64,000 nucleotides of DNA from Eledone cirrhosa (Eukaryota). The translations under genes and the position numbers were made by a program. Position 1 is the first letter of the stretch, and the number at the start of each line of letters is the position of its first letter. The stretch lies in contig OZ024743.1 of NCBI GenBank assembly GCA_964016885.1, forward strand, positions 304,978,001-305,042,000, given 5' to 3'. The notes under the pieces are model-generated. The model was given only the letters and a program-made list of their open reading frames with translations, was not told where the DNA came from and made no database searches. Shown here one piece after another: positions 1-13,120 of this stretch.

Positions 1-93
1 GGAAAAAGTACATATCTACAAGGATTTTGATCTCAATGCACATGTACGTTCTTGTACTAACATGTAATAACATGTTCTAACATGAATATCTAA

Positions 94-1234
94 ATGCATG
101 TTGCAATACAGCACCACCTGTCGGAAATCAGCACCCGCTCGAGCAACACAGCCTCCATCAAAATTGAGGCCAGGACAAACATCATATTCATGGTGAAGTT
201 CAGGTGGAAGAGCAATCAAATCATTGACGCTCTAGAGGAAGTTTACTGGGACAATGCCCCAAATAAATCAACAACCAACAAATATATAAGTTGTTTTAGA
301 AGTGGAAGAGTTGAAGTTGAAATAATCCCCACTGTGGCAGTCTGTGTGGAAAACATTGATGCTTTTCGCAACCTAATTGCAAAGGATAGACGAATAACCA
401 CTGAATCATTAGCTGACACACTCAACATCTCCATGGGTTCTGTACACACAATTCTAGTAACACATTTGGGGCTGAGAAAGCTTTTGGCTCAATGGGTCCC
501 AAAGCTGTTGCGCCCAGATCAGTAGCAAACGAGGGCAGATATTTCGATAGAAATTCTGAACAAGTAGGATGAAGACCTCAAAGCTTTTCTGCAGAGAATT
601 GTAACCGGGATGAAACGTGTCTCTACCCGGAATGATCCTGAGTATAAAACTCAATCAAAGCAGTGGCTGCATAGGGGCAAAAGTGAACCAGTCAAGACAG
701 AATGGGAGCGTTCAAGAGGGAAGGTCATGGCCACTGTCATCTGGAATGCAATGGGAATTTTGCTGGTTTTCTTCCTCGAGAACAAGAGAAAAATTACTGC
801 TGCATATTATATAGGTGTTTTGAGATGACTGGCCAAGAAAACTGAGAAAAAACACCTGGGGAAGCTGCATCGGTATGTCCTCATTCCACCACGACGATGT
901 GTCCACACATGGTGCCAGACATGAACTCTGTTATGCAAATTTCAGTGGGAAATCATCTGAGATCCTCCTTACCTTTCTGGTCAAGCTCTATCTGACTTTC
1001 TTTCATTTCCAAGCCTGAAAAAAGTCATTGAAAGGTACCCATTTTCCATCAGTTGAAGATGTACAAAAAGCTGCTTTGACATGGTTTAAATCGCATTGCC
1101 ATCAGTTTTACACAGATAGACTTAAAGGTTGGTATCAATGCTTGCAGAAGTGTATTGACTTAGATGGAGCATATGATGAAAAATCGTTTTTTCCAGTTGT
1201 CCTTTTTCTCCAAACTTTTTGAAGCACCCTCGTA
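94..1234 (+). mobile_element. Decayed mariner (DD34D-type) transposon: transposase pseudogene plus right TIR; left end not identified in the window
   Basis: ORF fragments give an HTH region, WVPKLL, DPE.K.QSKQW, KVMATVIW, FHHD and a WYQCLQKCIDLDGAY C-terminus. It ends caaactttttgaagcaccctcg+TA (1211-1234), a mariner-type TIR with TA target site. Several stops and frameshifts. Confidence 0.9.
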
Positions 1235-1950
1235 CACTGTCTATCCACGGCTTAACAACTGTTTCCAAGACCTCAATGTAAACAGCAAAATTAACTCTAA
1301 TGACCTGTAGAAAGAATTGAGGAGGCATCACGTGTCCTTCATTGCTGACAACCCCCACCCCCAAAGAAACCATGACAGTTTCAGGAAAATTTGTGTGCAT
1401 AACTGTGTTGGAACTCCAGAAGGGTCTGCGCATAACCATCTGCAATTTCTTTTATTAAATTTCTGATGTTGGTCAAAGTTTTTCTCGTCTGAGAAAAACC
1501 AAATCACATCATTTTCTGCTGGATTTTTAAGTTTGTTTAAGATCCTTTTAGATCTGACTAAGCAATTTTCTTTTGTTTTTTTCTGACATAAATTGACCTT
1601 TCCTCATTACATAAGACTTATATCTGATGTCATGGACAACATTTCTAATTGTTACTTCTGACACATGGAAATCTTTTGCAAGTGACCTCATGGATTTTTG
1701 GGGATTGTCATCAATGGTTTACTGAACATGCTGGATAAATTCAGGTATTCTGATGATGTCAGGGCATTAGGAATGCTTTTTAAGCACTGATACTGCTGAT
1801 ATGTTTCCATTTTCACTCTCAACCTCCCTATGGACTTTGAAGACGAAAGATCTGACAACTTTTAAAAAATCGAGATGCCTCTAAATCACTATGCTAAGCC
1901 TTTAAAGCCACAATTACAGTGTGCCTTTTCATTTCTTGAGTAAGCTGAGT
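1235..1950 (-). mobile_element. Tc1/mariner-superfamily (probably maT/DD37D-like) transposase pseudogene, cut off by the mariner at a TA
   Basis: Minus-strand translation gives MKRHTVIVALKA..., FFSDEKNF and VMHTNFP..VMV..VVSNEGHVMPP.FF..IRVN...YIEVLETVVKPWIDSV, ending exactly at the mariner TIR. Confidence 0.75.
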
Positions 1951-1971
1951 GTCTGCCATTATTGTTTTCTG

Positions 1972-2160
1972 AGGCGGTGGATTGGCAGTTTCAGTAGAGG
2001 GTCGGATGCCATGCTTTCCAGCATAGTTACGTCCCTTTACGATCTGAGTTCAAATTCCGCCGATGTTGACTGTGCCTTTCATCATTACGGGGTCGATAAA
2101 ATAAAGTACCAGTAATGCACTGGGTAATTACTGGTCTTGTGCCTAAAGTAGAAACAATTA
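1972..2160 (+). mobile_element. tRNA-derived SINE (~190 bp, Meta-domain-like family)
   Basis: A-box-like tggcagt, B-box-like gagttcaaattcc, core gcctttcatc..acggggtcgataaaataaagtaccag and tail gtagaaacaatta; more than 12 copies in the window. Confidence 0.85.
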
Positions 2161-2280
2161 TTGTTTTCTGAAAAAAAGATATAAAGTTTAATAAAATACA
2201 GTAAAAACCAAACAAATGTATGTCCTCAAATACCTTATGTACCCTGTATATACATATATACATATATATACATATATAAA

Positions 2281-3535
2281 CATCATCATCATCACCGTTT
2301 AACATCCATTTTCCATGCTAGCATGGGTTAGACAGGTCATCCCATTTTAAGGTAAGTTGGGTCAGGTACCCATGTTTTACTCATATAGGACTGTTTCTTG
2401 CTAGGTTTCTATGACTGGATGCCCTTCCTAATGCCAACCATATTTACAGTGTATGCTGTGTGCTTTTTACCTTGACTTCTACACAACTACTATATAGTGT
2501 GGATTGGATACTTTTTGGCGTGACACCTACACGACCACTTTACAGTGTGGGCTGGGTGCTTTATGTTGTGACATCTACATCACCACTTTACAGTGTGGGC
2601 TGGATATATTTTGTTCACAGAGGAAGGGTGATGTGGACAGGAGTGGGAGGGTGAGGGTATAGTGGTTAAGAGGTGCCTACTAAGTGGATGTTTGAGTCTG
2701 TGTGCATGGGATGGTGTGTCTTCTCTATTACTGCATAATATAAAAGATCTCAATTATGTGTCATTGTCTTTGAGAGGTTCAGTTGCACAAGGACAGCTTT
2801 TATCTCCTCGTTCAGGTCTTCTTGTGTCTTCCTACTCCAAGGTTTCCTTCAATTTTGATTGGCCTGCACCATTTTATACAGCTGTCATCCTTCATAAGCA
2901 TCACATGACCATACAAATGAAATCTCCTCTCTATCTCTAGCATACTGCATATGATCCCACTTATACACAATTTCTCTCTCAGTTCATTTATGCTTTGCCA
3001 TAATTACACATCTATTGGAGCATGCATGCTTCATTTGTTTCCAATCTTCACAGGTTGTCTGCATAGTGCCCATGTCTCACTACCATGTAACATTGCTGTT
3101 TATATACATGCATCGTACAATCTGCCCTACATACTAGAACTTTAGTCTTTGACAAGTTAACTTTAAGACCTTTTTATTCTAGGCCATGCTTCCAGGTTTC
3201 AAATTTCTTCTCTAATCCTGACATAGATTCAGCTATGAAAGTTAGATCATCTGCATACAGACGTTTCCATGGGCAACCAGTTTTAAAATGTTCTTTTATA
3301 GCCAGTAGGGCAATAATATACAGGTGAGGGCTAAGAACAGAGCCCTGAGGAACACCTACCTACTCACCAAATGCTTCACTCTAGTCATTCTTAATTCCAA
3401 TATTGCTGACTATTCCTTTATACATTGCTTGTATAGCTTTCACAAGCCACTCATCTACTCCTAGTTTACTTAAAGCCCATCAGATAATGGAATGGTGGAC
3501 TCTGTCAAAGGCTTTCTCCAAGTCAACAAAAGCTA
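2281..3535 (-). mobile_element. 3' part of an RTE-clade LINE, including its (GAT)n-tailed 3' UTR with internal ~46-bp repeats
   Basis: Minus strand encodes AFVDLEKAFDRV, GVPQGSVLSP and GCPWKRLYADDL; homologous to 18750-21907. The catcatcat tail is at 2281. Confidence 0.8.
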
Positions 3536-3559
3536 AGTAGTTATATATATATCAAATAC

Positions 3560-4402
3560 CATGCCCCCATTGTGGACTTCCAAAGTACAGACTGTGGATT
3601 TGTTGTCACACCTTGCCTCCACAACGTGGGCACATTGAACTGCTTTCGCCCCCTCATTTCTAAGTTTACAAGTGTTAACTCTGACAACGAAGCCTTTGTG
3701 CTTAGCATCGAAGAATTGGTCCAGGGCCAATCTCACCGCAAGCTCATTGGCTGTGATGCTTTTAGTAAGTGCCTCTTCTAGCTTTCTAACTAGATCTTCT
3801 ACTCTAGTTTTCTCTCTTTTTACAGCCTTACTAAACCTTATTGTTTATGCTGTAATAGCTGTCTTTAGGGTGAACCACAACTTGTTATTGATAACTGTTC
3901 CCATCAAGGTTTGCTTAACCAATTTACTAATCCAATCTTTGTAGTCTTTGCACACTGGGAATGACACATTTAGCTTCTAGTAACAAGGTCCCTGTTTATG
4001 AAGCCTATCTAGATTGCCCATACAGATCACAAATTTATGGTCTATGTAGTCGACTACTTTGAATTGTGGACAACTTATACTAGTCTCATCTATTTCTCTA
4101 CAGGATACCCGATCTAAGTACGATCAGGATGACCCGATGCAGTTTGTCTGTGTTCCCATTGGCACATTCAGGAAATCTAGTCGGTGCTTGTCAGACAGTT
4201 GGAATCGTCTGATTAATGTAGCAAGCCTTTTGCACTCTCCTCCCCTATCTGTTACACCCACACAGTACCAGCATGCATCCAAGATACCACTCCAGTCAAC
4301 CATTAATACTAAAGAGTGGGATGTTCCTAGAAAGGTCTCAAGGTGTCTGAAGAAATGAGGCCAACCTGTCCCTGTTGGGTCAATACGTTCCATATTTGAC
4401 AT
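3560..4402 (-). mobile_element. L1/Tx1-like ORF2 fragment (AP-endonuclease region)
   Basis: DWSGILD, LIRRFQLSDKHRLD and SYLDRV resemble the APE domain of Tx1-type LINEs; heavily decayed. Confidence 0.55.
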
Positions 4403-4647
4403 GGTTTCTATAACTGAAGGCCTTTCCTAATGCCAACCACATTACAGAGTATGTTGGGTGCATTTTATCATAGTAACAGTACTACTACTTAGCAGAGTAC
4501 CAGTGAATGAGGTATAAGGAATGATGATGATGATGTACTAGGAATGATGATGATTATAATGGCTATTATATATTATATATATATTGTTTATAATGATGAG
4601 GATTATTAAGATGATAATATATATATATTTATATTTTCTCTTATTAG

Positions 4648-4886
4648 ATATTACAAGCCAAATGTAATTTCTGTAAAAGTTGGATCCATTCAGAAATATG
4701 ACGGAATACAATATGAAGTGGATAGCTGGCAGATGTATAATACACAACGTTATAACGATATTGCAATTATGTTTGTGCAAAAAGAAATTATGATGTCAAA
4801 TTCTGTACAACCAGCATGTCTTCCAGAACAATCTGTACCAAAAGACAAAGATTGTTTTGTAACTGGTTGGGGTCAGGATGAAAAGG
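4648..4886 (+). CDS. S1A serine protease, internal exon carrying the catalytic Asp
   Basis: Acceptor ttattag|, donor G|gtaag. Translates YYKPNVISVKVGSIQKYDG...YNDIAIM...VQPACLP...CFVTGWGQDEK. Phase 2 in and phase 1 out; the His-bearing exon must lie upstream of the window. Confidence 0.92.
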
Positions 4887-4964
4887 GTAAGAGAATATAT
4901 AATTTCTATTTAAAATATGCTGTTTTTATTGTGTTGTATATATATTTATATATATATATATATA

Positions 4965-6132
4965 TAAATATTAAAACAATGAAATTAAACACAAAACTGT
5001 TAATTCATAGTAAAACACATTATTTTACGATCGTTTCTGGGGAGGGGGGTAGTTCCCTGTATGTTCATTCAATTATTGATCTATGTAAAACATATTACAA
5101 AATATCATAGTAAGAAAAAGATACATACGTCTTCACTAACCTCAGTCTTCAGAAATAATAAGTTTTGTTTATTGAAGAATACAAAAAATCATACATATGA
5201 ATAAGTAAGTTTTTAAAACCAGTTTGAAATTGACCTATGTTAAGAATGGAAAGGGACAGTACAAATCCTTAAGGTAGGTGGTAGTAGATGAATAAATTGG
5301 CCATTAGTGGATAAGGTATCAAATGTCTTTTAAGAAAAGAAATAAAAGTTGTTAGTGTAATTTAGGCATATTGTATATAAAAGTGTTGATGGTCAAAGAA
5401 AATTATGGTTGGAGGAGAAGGGGTACTGAGATTAGTGCGTTACATCAAGTAGAATGGAATAGAACAATCTTAAAAAGTTAGTTATTTCTTTGTTGTGAGG
5501 AATAATTTGTTCTAAAAATATATATACATGTATAGTCACACATGTTTATATATAGGCATACATTTATGCATATACATACATATACACACACAGATATACA
5601 TATTCACACAGGCACCTATACTCACACATTTATTCACCTATATCTTTTTATATATTTGTTTAGTTGTATTTATAATATTTGAATGTCCTTCTAATTTTAT
5701 GGTTACATACTAAAATTAATTCTTGTCTTTTATTTAATAGAGTGTCCTTCGATTTAATAATTTCAAAAATTTATTGGGAACATAGTCCGCACTCCCTTCT
5801 ATTGCCCTGATAAGAAATAGTTCTGTTAAGAATCTTCCAAGTTAGGTTATATTTAATATTCTTCTTTTTACAATTATTAACTGCTTCTGCTAAAGAAGTG
5901 GTATTTGCTAATTTTGTGTTTCGGAAACTGTAAATCGAGATTTTATGCACACACCCACAGTTTCTAGTGAAGACGTATGTATCTTTTTCTTACTATGATA
6001 TTTTGTAATATGTTTTACATAGATCAATAATTGAATGAACATACAGGGAACTACCCCCCAGAAACGATCGTAAAATAATGTGTTTTACTATGAAATAACA
6101 GTTTTGTGTTTAATTTCATTGTTTTAATATTT
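4965..6132 (-). mobile_element. Penelope-like element remnant bracketed by ~170-bp near-perfect inverted repeats (4965-5138 / 5964-6132)
   Basis: The inverted repeat is directly visible. Internal minus-strand PLMANLF (RT-like) and RRECGLC (Cys pair typical before GIY-YIG) fragments. Confidence 0.55.
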
Positions 6133-7189
6133 CTATTTTGACTCTGTATCCAATTGAATTATATCGTTGATAAACATTTTTGTATTTTAAACTTTGCTTC
6201 ACGACATCTTCTATATACGGATTACATTGAGTTCTTTATACAGTTTAGACCCTACCATTGAGTGGTAGATTTATCTGTATATATATATATACACACACAC
6301 ATATATATATGTGCACTTGTGTTAAAAATGTTTACAAATAAGGGTTGTGTATGCATCACACCAATTAATGAATGAGGAGGAAATTTGATTTAAGCACTTA
6401 ACTTTGTGTCTAGTCTTCCATATATAATTTGTAAGTCGATGTTGTAATATGTATACAATAATGATAATTGCGAAGGTCAGATGTAGATATTCATAATTCT
6501 TTATTCATAATCAGCCATCATACATATTTCATAGTTACATGATGCTGGGATCATGCAACTACCAAATATATATATATTTTTATATAACTTCATATATTTT
6601 AATCTATGACTTTTATTTATTTTTTAATTAGCTTTTTTCATCTTTTTAGATATCAACTTTTATATCTTTTAAGCTCTTTTTTTAATATGCATATATTGTA
6701 TGTTTGTGCTTGTGTGTGTGGGTTTGAGTGTGTGTGTGTATGTAAAAGTGAAAAACATATATGTAATAGATGGATGCATGGTTGTGTGTGTGTGTGTGTG
6801 TGTGTAATTAAAATACCAGGGGTGATGGGGCAACAGTGGTGGAGACAGGTAGACGATACCACTGGTAGTCCTTAGTTCGTGTTGTGCACAGTTGGTAACA
6901 AAGCAGGTGAGGGCTGTTTAACACAAATCCTATGGGCACTTGAGCTGCTTGTGTCTTTTGTGGATGACAAAGCAGGTCTGTTTAGACACTGCTTTCCCTT
7001 AATTGGAAAGAGGTGAAAAAAGGAGCCCCCCCAAAAATTGCATGTCTATAAAAATTGTCATTATACTGTGATTGACTGCTTATACATTATGCAGTCAAAA
7101 CAAATAAAGACAAAGACATAATAATCCCATCAAATTTTGGTTCTTGGAATGTCCGAACCCTTCAGGATAGCACAGAATCATTAGAAAGG

Positions 7190-7737
7190 AAAAGGAAGTC
7201 AGGACCAAGTAAACAGATACTATTGCATCCAAATTTACAGAACTCCCTGAGAAAACTGAGGATGCTGAGACAGAGTGGAGATTGTTCAGTGCAGCAGTTT
7301 CTGCTTCATCTGTTAAATACTGGTGTGGCAACAGATGGCATGAGGACCCTTGGTTCAAACAAAAGGTAAAAAAATGCCATCCCAGCAAAGAAGGAGGCTT
7401 ACAAAGCTTGGTTTGGAAATAAGTCCTCTTTCCTGCACTTATGGTACAAGCATGCACAAAAAAGCACAGCATAGACACTAAAGGCATACAAAGTTAACAC
7501 ATAGTAGAACTTTGGGGTTAAGCTGGAACCCAACGTCAATGATATACAGAAGGTGACTAATCTCTCAGAGGCTGAGGTCACAAGAGCATTTAAAGAGCTC
7601 AAATGTGGCAAGGCCACTGGGGAAGAGGAAATCTGGCCCAAGATGTTAAAAGCCTTAAATTGAGAATGTGTTCTCTGGCTGACTCGTGTGTGTCAGGCGG
7701 CCTGGTTCTCCAGAATGGCACCTAAGCAATGGCAGTT
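7190..7737 (+). mobile_element. Internal fragment of another RTE-type LINE
   Basis: EAEVTRAFKELKCGKATGEEEIWPKMLKAL..WLTRVCQAAW is a pre-RT region typical of RTE elements. Confidence 0.55.
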
Positions 7738-9422
7738 CTTGTGTCAAAGATATTAAATAAGTACAACAAAGATATAGCAGTATTAAGCAAAACTCAACTT
7801 CCTGATTATGGACAGCTTGAGGAGAAAGGAGAGGGTTATACATTCTTCTGGTCAGGGAAAAATGACAATGCAATATGATCTTCAGGTGATGGTTATTTTG
7901 CTATTAGAACTAAGATACCAAATACAAAGAATCAAAAGTTACAAACATTTACGAAAAATTATCTTTCATTGTCAGAATCCTAGGTTATCATGATAAATTT
8001 CTGATACTCGGTGACTTCAATGCCAGAATTGGGTCAGCTCATGAGTCCTGGGAAAATGTTCTTTGAAAATATATATAGTCTATGGACTTTGCTTTCTCTC
8101 TTTTTACAATGAACTTAGCCTCCTTATCACCAAAACTATGTTTCAACAACTTAACAGTTTTAAAAAGCAGTTGGACGCATCCAAGGTCAAAAGAATGGCA
8201 TTTGATTGATTACATTTCAACAAAAAGTTGTCATCAATGTAACATTCATCATACTTACATCTTCAATAGCACATTTTGCTGATCTGATTGCATTGTTAGG
8301 TATCATTTCAACTTCAGGTTAAGCATCAAAGACACAATGCAACATGTTCAGTAACTTGATGCTGAAAGAAAAGCTAGGTTTTCTCAATTGCTCAACAAGC
8401 AGCTTGAACATGTTGAAATTTCAGAAAATATTGAAGAATTATACAAACATTCTCACATATTCTGCTTTGCTTGAAGCTCTTGCTCTGCATCAAGAAGTTA
8501 AGATTAGTTCAATGAAAATAATACAGATATACTGTCACTAATGGAAAAAATGAACTCGTCTCATAAAGTATGAATTGCCAACAATAAATCTTCAGTAAAA
8601 AAGAAATACTTGGACAGTAAACAAACTGTTCAACAGACTTTGAGGGAAATGAAAGATAAATGGTGGTTACTAAAAGCACCCCAGTTTCAAACTGCTGTTG
8701 AGCGAAAGGATGTATAAAAGCCTTCTATGAAGACATAAAAGAGGTTTATGGACCTCAGCAATGTGAGACCTTACCAATATTAGCATCATATAAAAATTAT
8801 ATACTTACCCACTGAAAAGAACACTTTGAAGCAGCTTTAAATTTCCCATCTATTGTGGATCATGATGACATTGACTCAATTCTTTTAAGCTATAAAATGA
8901 ATGGTATCATGCAAATCGGCTGATGATGATGCAATACCAGCTGAGCTGTACAAATATGGAAGTAATGTAATTGTGCATAAACTTTTGGATTTGTTCATTT
9001 TGATTTGGAAGAATGGTCAAGTTCATTGGGAATTTAATCTATCACCTATCATTTTAAATGAAAAAGAAAATATAACTGCGTGACAACCATCAGGGTATAT
9101 TACTGCTTTCTGTAGTGGTCAAGATCATTGCTTGAGTTGTTCTCAACAATAATAACTCACCTGGTAGATCATGTTTCTCCTGAATCCCAGTCTGGCTTCA
9201 AGGCTGGGTGAGGAACTACAGAAAGGCTGCAAAAAAAGTACTGGAGAAGAACAGTGACATGTTCATGGACTTTGTTGACATAACAAAGGCTTTTGACCAT
9301 TAATCATGATGCTTTGTGGTCAGTGCTAAAGAAGGTTGGGATTTCCAATAAAAGGATTAGCATTATAACAACTTTCAATGAAAGCATACACGTTTCTCTT
9401 AAGTCAGATGGTGCTTCATCAT

Positions 9423-11092
9423 CTTCATCATCATTATTTTACATCCGCTTTTACCTGCTTGGGTTTCAGCGATCTGAGGTCTGCTCTCACCACCTCTGCC
9501 TATGTTTCATGGTCTACCTCTACTGCGTCTTCCTTCTACTGGGATTTCTTGGCACTTCTTTACCCAGCGGTCATCCTCCATGCACATCACATGTCCATAC
9601 CATCACAGCCTTCTCTCCTGCACACCACAACTTATCCCTCTTATAACCAGTTTCTTTCTCAACTCGTCTATTCTTGGTCATTCATGCACGTTGGCATTGC
9701 ACATCCAACGGAGCATGCTTGCCTCATTTCTCTCCAGACGTCACATATCCTCTGCGGTTGCTGCCCATGTCTCACTACCATGCAGCATCGCGCATCTCAC
9801 ACATGCATCATATAACCGTCCTTTCGTACGCAGGGAGAAACCCTTCTTTGTCAACAGAGGAAGCAGCTCCATAAACTTCTTCCAACCCGCCCTTATTCTA
9901 GATACTATGGCCTCGGAACACCACCCTCCCATGCTAATCTGATCACCTAGGTACCGGAAGCTATCAACCACTTCTATAGAACCCACTTGCATTGGAAAAA
10001 TGTGTCTATCACTGCGATTACTACTGTCAACATTCCCTGTACACCTACTGCATACGTAGTTTTCCTTACCTGTTAGTTTGCCTGCTATCCCAGTACATCT
10101 CTTGTGTACCCAAGATCTGCATTGGGTACATTTTGTGGAATTTATGCCAGTTCCTTTCCTACATATCGAACATGGCCATTTGCCCGATGGAATCAGAGTA
10201 TTGTCCTCTTTTCTACTTATCAACACTTTTATTTTAGCTATGTTCACTCTCAGGCCTCTTGATTCCAACTGCTGTTTCCATATCCAGAATTTATTATCTA
10301 GCTCCTCTACTGATTCTGCTATAAGAACCAGATCATCAGCATAGAGAAGTTTCCATGGGCAGCCAGTCTTAAACGCCTCTGTTATGGCTTGGAGGACTAT
10401 AATGAACAAGAGCAGGCTGAGGACCGAACCCTGATGTACACCTACTCGTATCTGGAATTCCTTACTAAACACCATTCCTATTCTCACTTTACTGACAGTA
10501 TCCCTGTACATACCTTGCACTGTCCTCACAAGCCATTCTTCTATACCTTGATACTTAGGGACCACCAGATGACAGATCGGGGTACCCTATCAAAGGCTTT
10601 CTCTAGGTCAACAAAAGCTAAGTATAGTGGCTTATTATTCTCTAAGAACCTCTCTTGTAGTTGCCTCACTAAGAAGATGGCATCTGTTGTACTTTTCCGA
10701 GGCACAAAACCAAACTGCATCTCATCTAATTTGACCCTTTCTGTAATCAGGTGCACTAATATTCTCTTTGCCACTTTCAAAAACTGATCCATCAGCTTTA
10801 TGCCCCTATAATTGCTCCTCTCTAGAGCATCCCCCTTACCTTTATAGCAATTTATGAGAATAGTGCTGCACCAATTTCTCTCTGTCCCATTCGTTCTCTA
10901 CATTCATCAGTCTCTCATAATGACATTTCCAGGCCTTCTTTTTTTGATCACTCGTGACACTAAGTAAACCGGCATCATTCCGGGCACACTTATCTCCAAC
11001 AACAACCTGATTTGCACTCACACACTGCCTTGCAATGCGGAACACTGCATGTCTCTGATCTTCCTGTCGCAGAACATTCGTAAACCTCCTAC
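9423..11092 (-). mobile_element. 5'-truncated RTE LINE with a PHD-like Cys cluster in the RT C-terminal region
   Basis: QFGFVPRKSTTDAIF, AFVDLEKAFDRV, GVHQGSVLS, LLYADDL and CSICRKG..CTQCRSWVHKRC..CSRC. (GAT)n tail and candidate 7-bp TSD tcatcat at 9416-9422 / 11093-11099. Confidence 0.9.
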
Positions 11093-11949
11093 TCATCATA
11101 TCCTGTTCTTTTAAAAATGTGTACAAAGCAGGGGTGCGTAATGGCCCCTATTTTATTTGCTATTTACTTTTCTCTGACACTAGTACATGCAGTGAACGAC
11201 TATAATGATGGTGTTTTGTTTGAATTTAGATCAGCAGGTAGGCTGTTCAATCATCTAAACATACTAGAACAAAAATGCTTTTAGACTTCTTGTTTGCAGA
11301 TGCTGCTGCTCTAGTAGCTAATTCTTTCTGGGAAGCACAAGAAGTCATAAGGTGGTTTTACACTGCAGCAAAAGTATTTGACCTAACAAGAAATGTGAAA
11401 AAGACAGAAATTGTGGACAACACACCTCTAAAGTATGTGGAGTCCTTCCTATATTTAGGAAAATTAATTCTAGTGATTCTCTAGATCAAAGGTTCTCAAC
11501 GGGGGCGTTTCGGAACTCCAGGGGGCGGGGGGGGGGGGGCGTTAGGTGGCGCGTTTGGAGCTTTGGGGAGCACTGGAAGGCTCTTTACTTTGGTAAGTTT
11601 TATAAGACATATGTGTATGTCTTTGAGACAGCCAGTGTGAATGCATTTGAATGAGCATGCAGACAGCATAACTATCGTCTGACCGCAGCTGTGAGCAGGT
11701 GTGCAGGCGTGTCTAGATATAACCACCAATTGAGATCCTAACAATGGAAAACCCACAGTCAACTGGGTCAAGGACACTTTGAGCGCAGCCAGTTAGAATC
11801 TTGTCTTTCCTTCACTAATAACAATGTATTTCATGTATGAAATTATTGACTCAACCGTAATGAGTTAACACTATGTAGATATATTTCATTCCTTAGTGTA
11901 TAAATAATATTACAAATAAAAACAAACAAAAAAAAACACAGAAGCTGGT

Positions 11950-12225
11950 AGCACACACATCTAGGTGCACATACCACACATAATCAGATAATACACACAT
12001 CTAGGACCACATACAACACATAAGCAGGTAATACACGCATCTAGGACAACATACAACACATAAGCAGGTAATACATACATCTAGGACCACATACAACACA
12101 CAGGCAGGTAATACATACATTTAGAAGCACATACAACACATAATCAGGTAATACATACATCTAGGACCACACACAACACATAAGGAGGTTATACATACAT
12201 CTAAGACCAAATACAACACACATTG
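11950..12225. repeat. Minisatellite, ~7 copies of a 40-bp unit (catctaggaccacatacaacacataagcaggtaatacata)
   Basis: Direct tandem repeats inside the hAT element, just before the recognisable transposase sequence. Confidence 0.9.
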
Positions 12226-13120
12226 TATCATGTGCTACGGACGACGCAAGAGCAATGGTCGGCCAACATAAGGGTTTCATTACTCTTCTGAAGAAAGAAA
12301 ATCTATATCATTGTGTCATTCATCAACAGCACTTGGCTGTGAAGAAACTCAGCAACCGCTGAATGAGTCCTTGCAGGTGGCCATTGATGTCATCAATTTC
12401 ATCAAATGGCATTCCCTGAATGAACGAAATTTCCGGCAACTGCGCCAAGATAATGACGAAGAATTCGTCAAGTTGTTCCTTCATAATGAAGTGAGGTGGC
12501 TTTCATAGGGCAAGTGCCTTACTCACTTCTTTGAACTGTTCGACTCTATCATTGAGTTTCTGTGAGGACGCAACACAGAACTGTATAAGAAAACTCTCGA
12601 TGTGAGGCAAAACTGCGCCTACCTCACCAACATCATCGACAAATGCAATAGCGTCATTTTGGCTTTGCAGGGGAAGAAGATCACCTTGCTTAAAGCAAGG
12701 AATGCTGTGAAAATATTCCTGGCCAAATTAAATGTCATCGAAAGGAATATTTGTTGGCGGGAATTCTATAATTTTCCTAGTGTCGCCAATGTTCAAAACA
12801 TTGTACGCGATGACCAACTCCAAATTTATACTGCTCACCTCCGTGCGCTACAAGACAACATGAGAGAATAGTTTGTCGACCTTTTGCCAATGGACATCCC
12901 AATGTGGGTAGCAGATCCCTTCATAGCTAACGTCGATGATTTGGACGTTATATTTCAGGAAGAATTCATTGAACTTCAAGCAGATGACATGATCAAAATT
13001 AGATTTCCCAAAATAGGGGAACCCCTTTTTTTGATGCAAGAGGAAATTCAGCGTCGATTTCCACACCTACATGCGGAGACTAAGAGATTTGCTCTGCCTT
13101 TTCCAAGCTCATACTTAGTC

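Noticed and set aside
4887-5110. C-terminal half of ORF 4718-5110 as coding
   Set aside because: It is read-through past the gtaag donor into (TA)n and inverted-repeat sequence.
11950-12225. CRISPR-like array
   Set aside because: Contiguous 40-bp tandem units without unique spacers, no cas genes, eukaryotic context.
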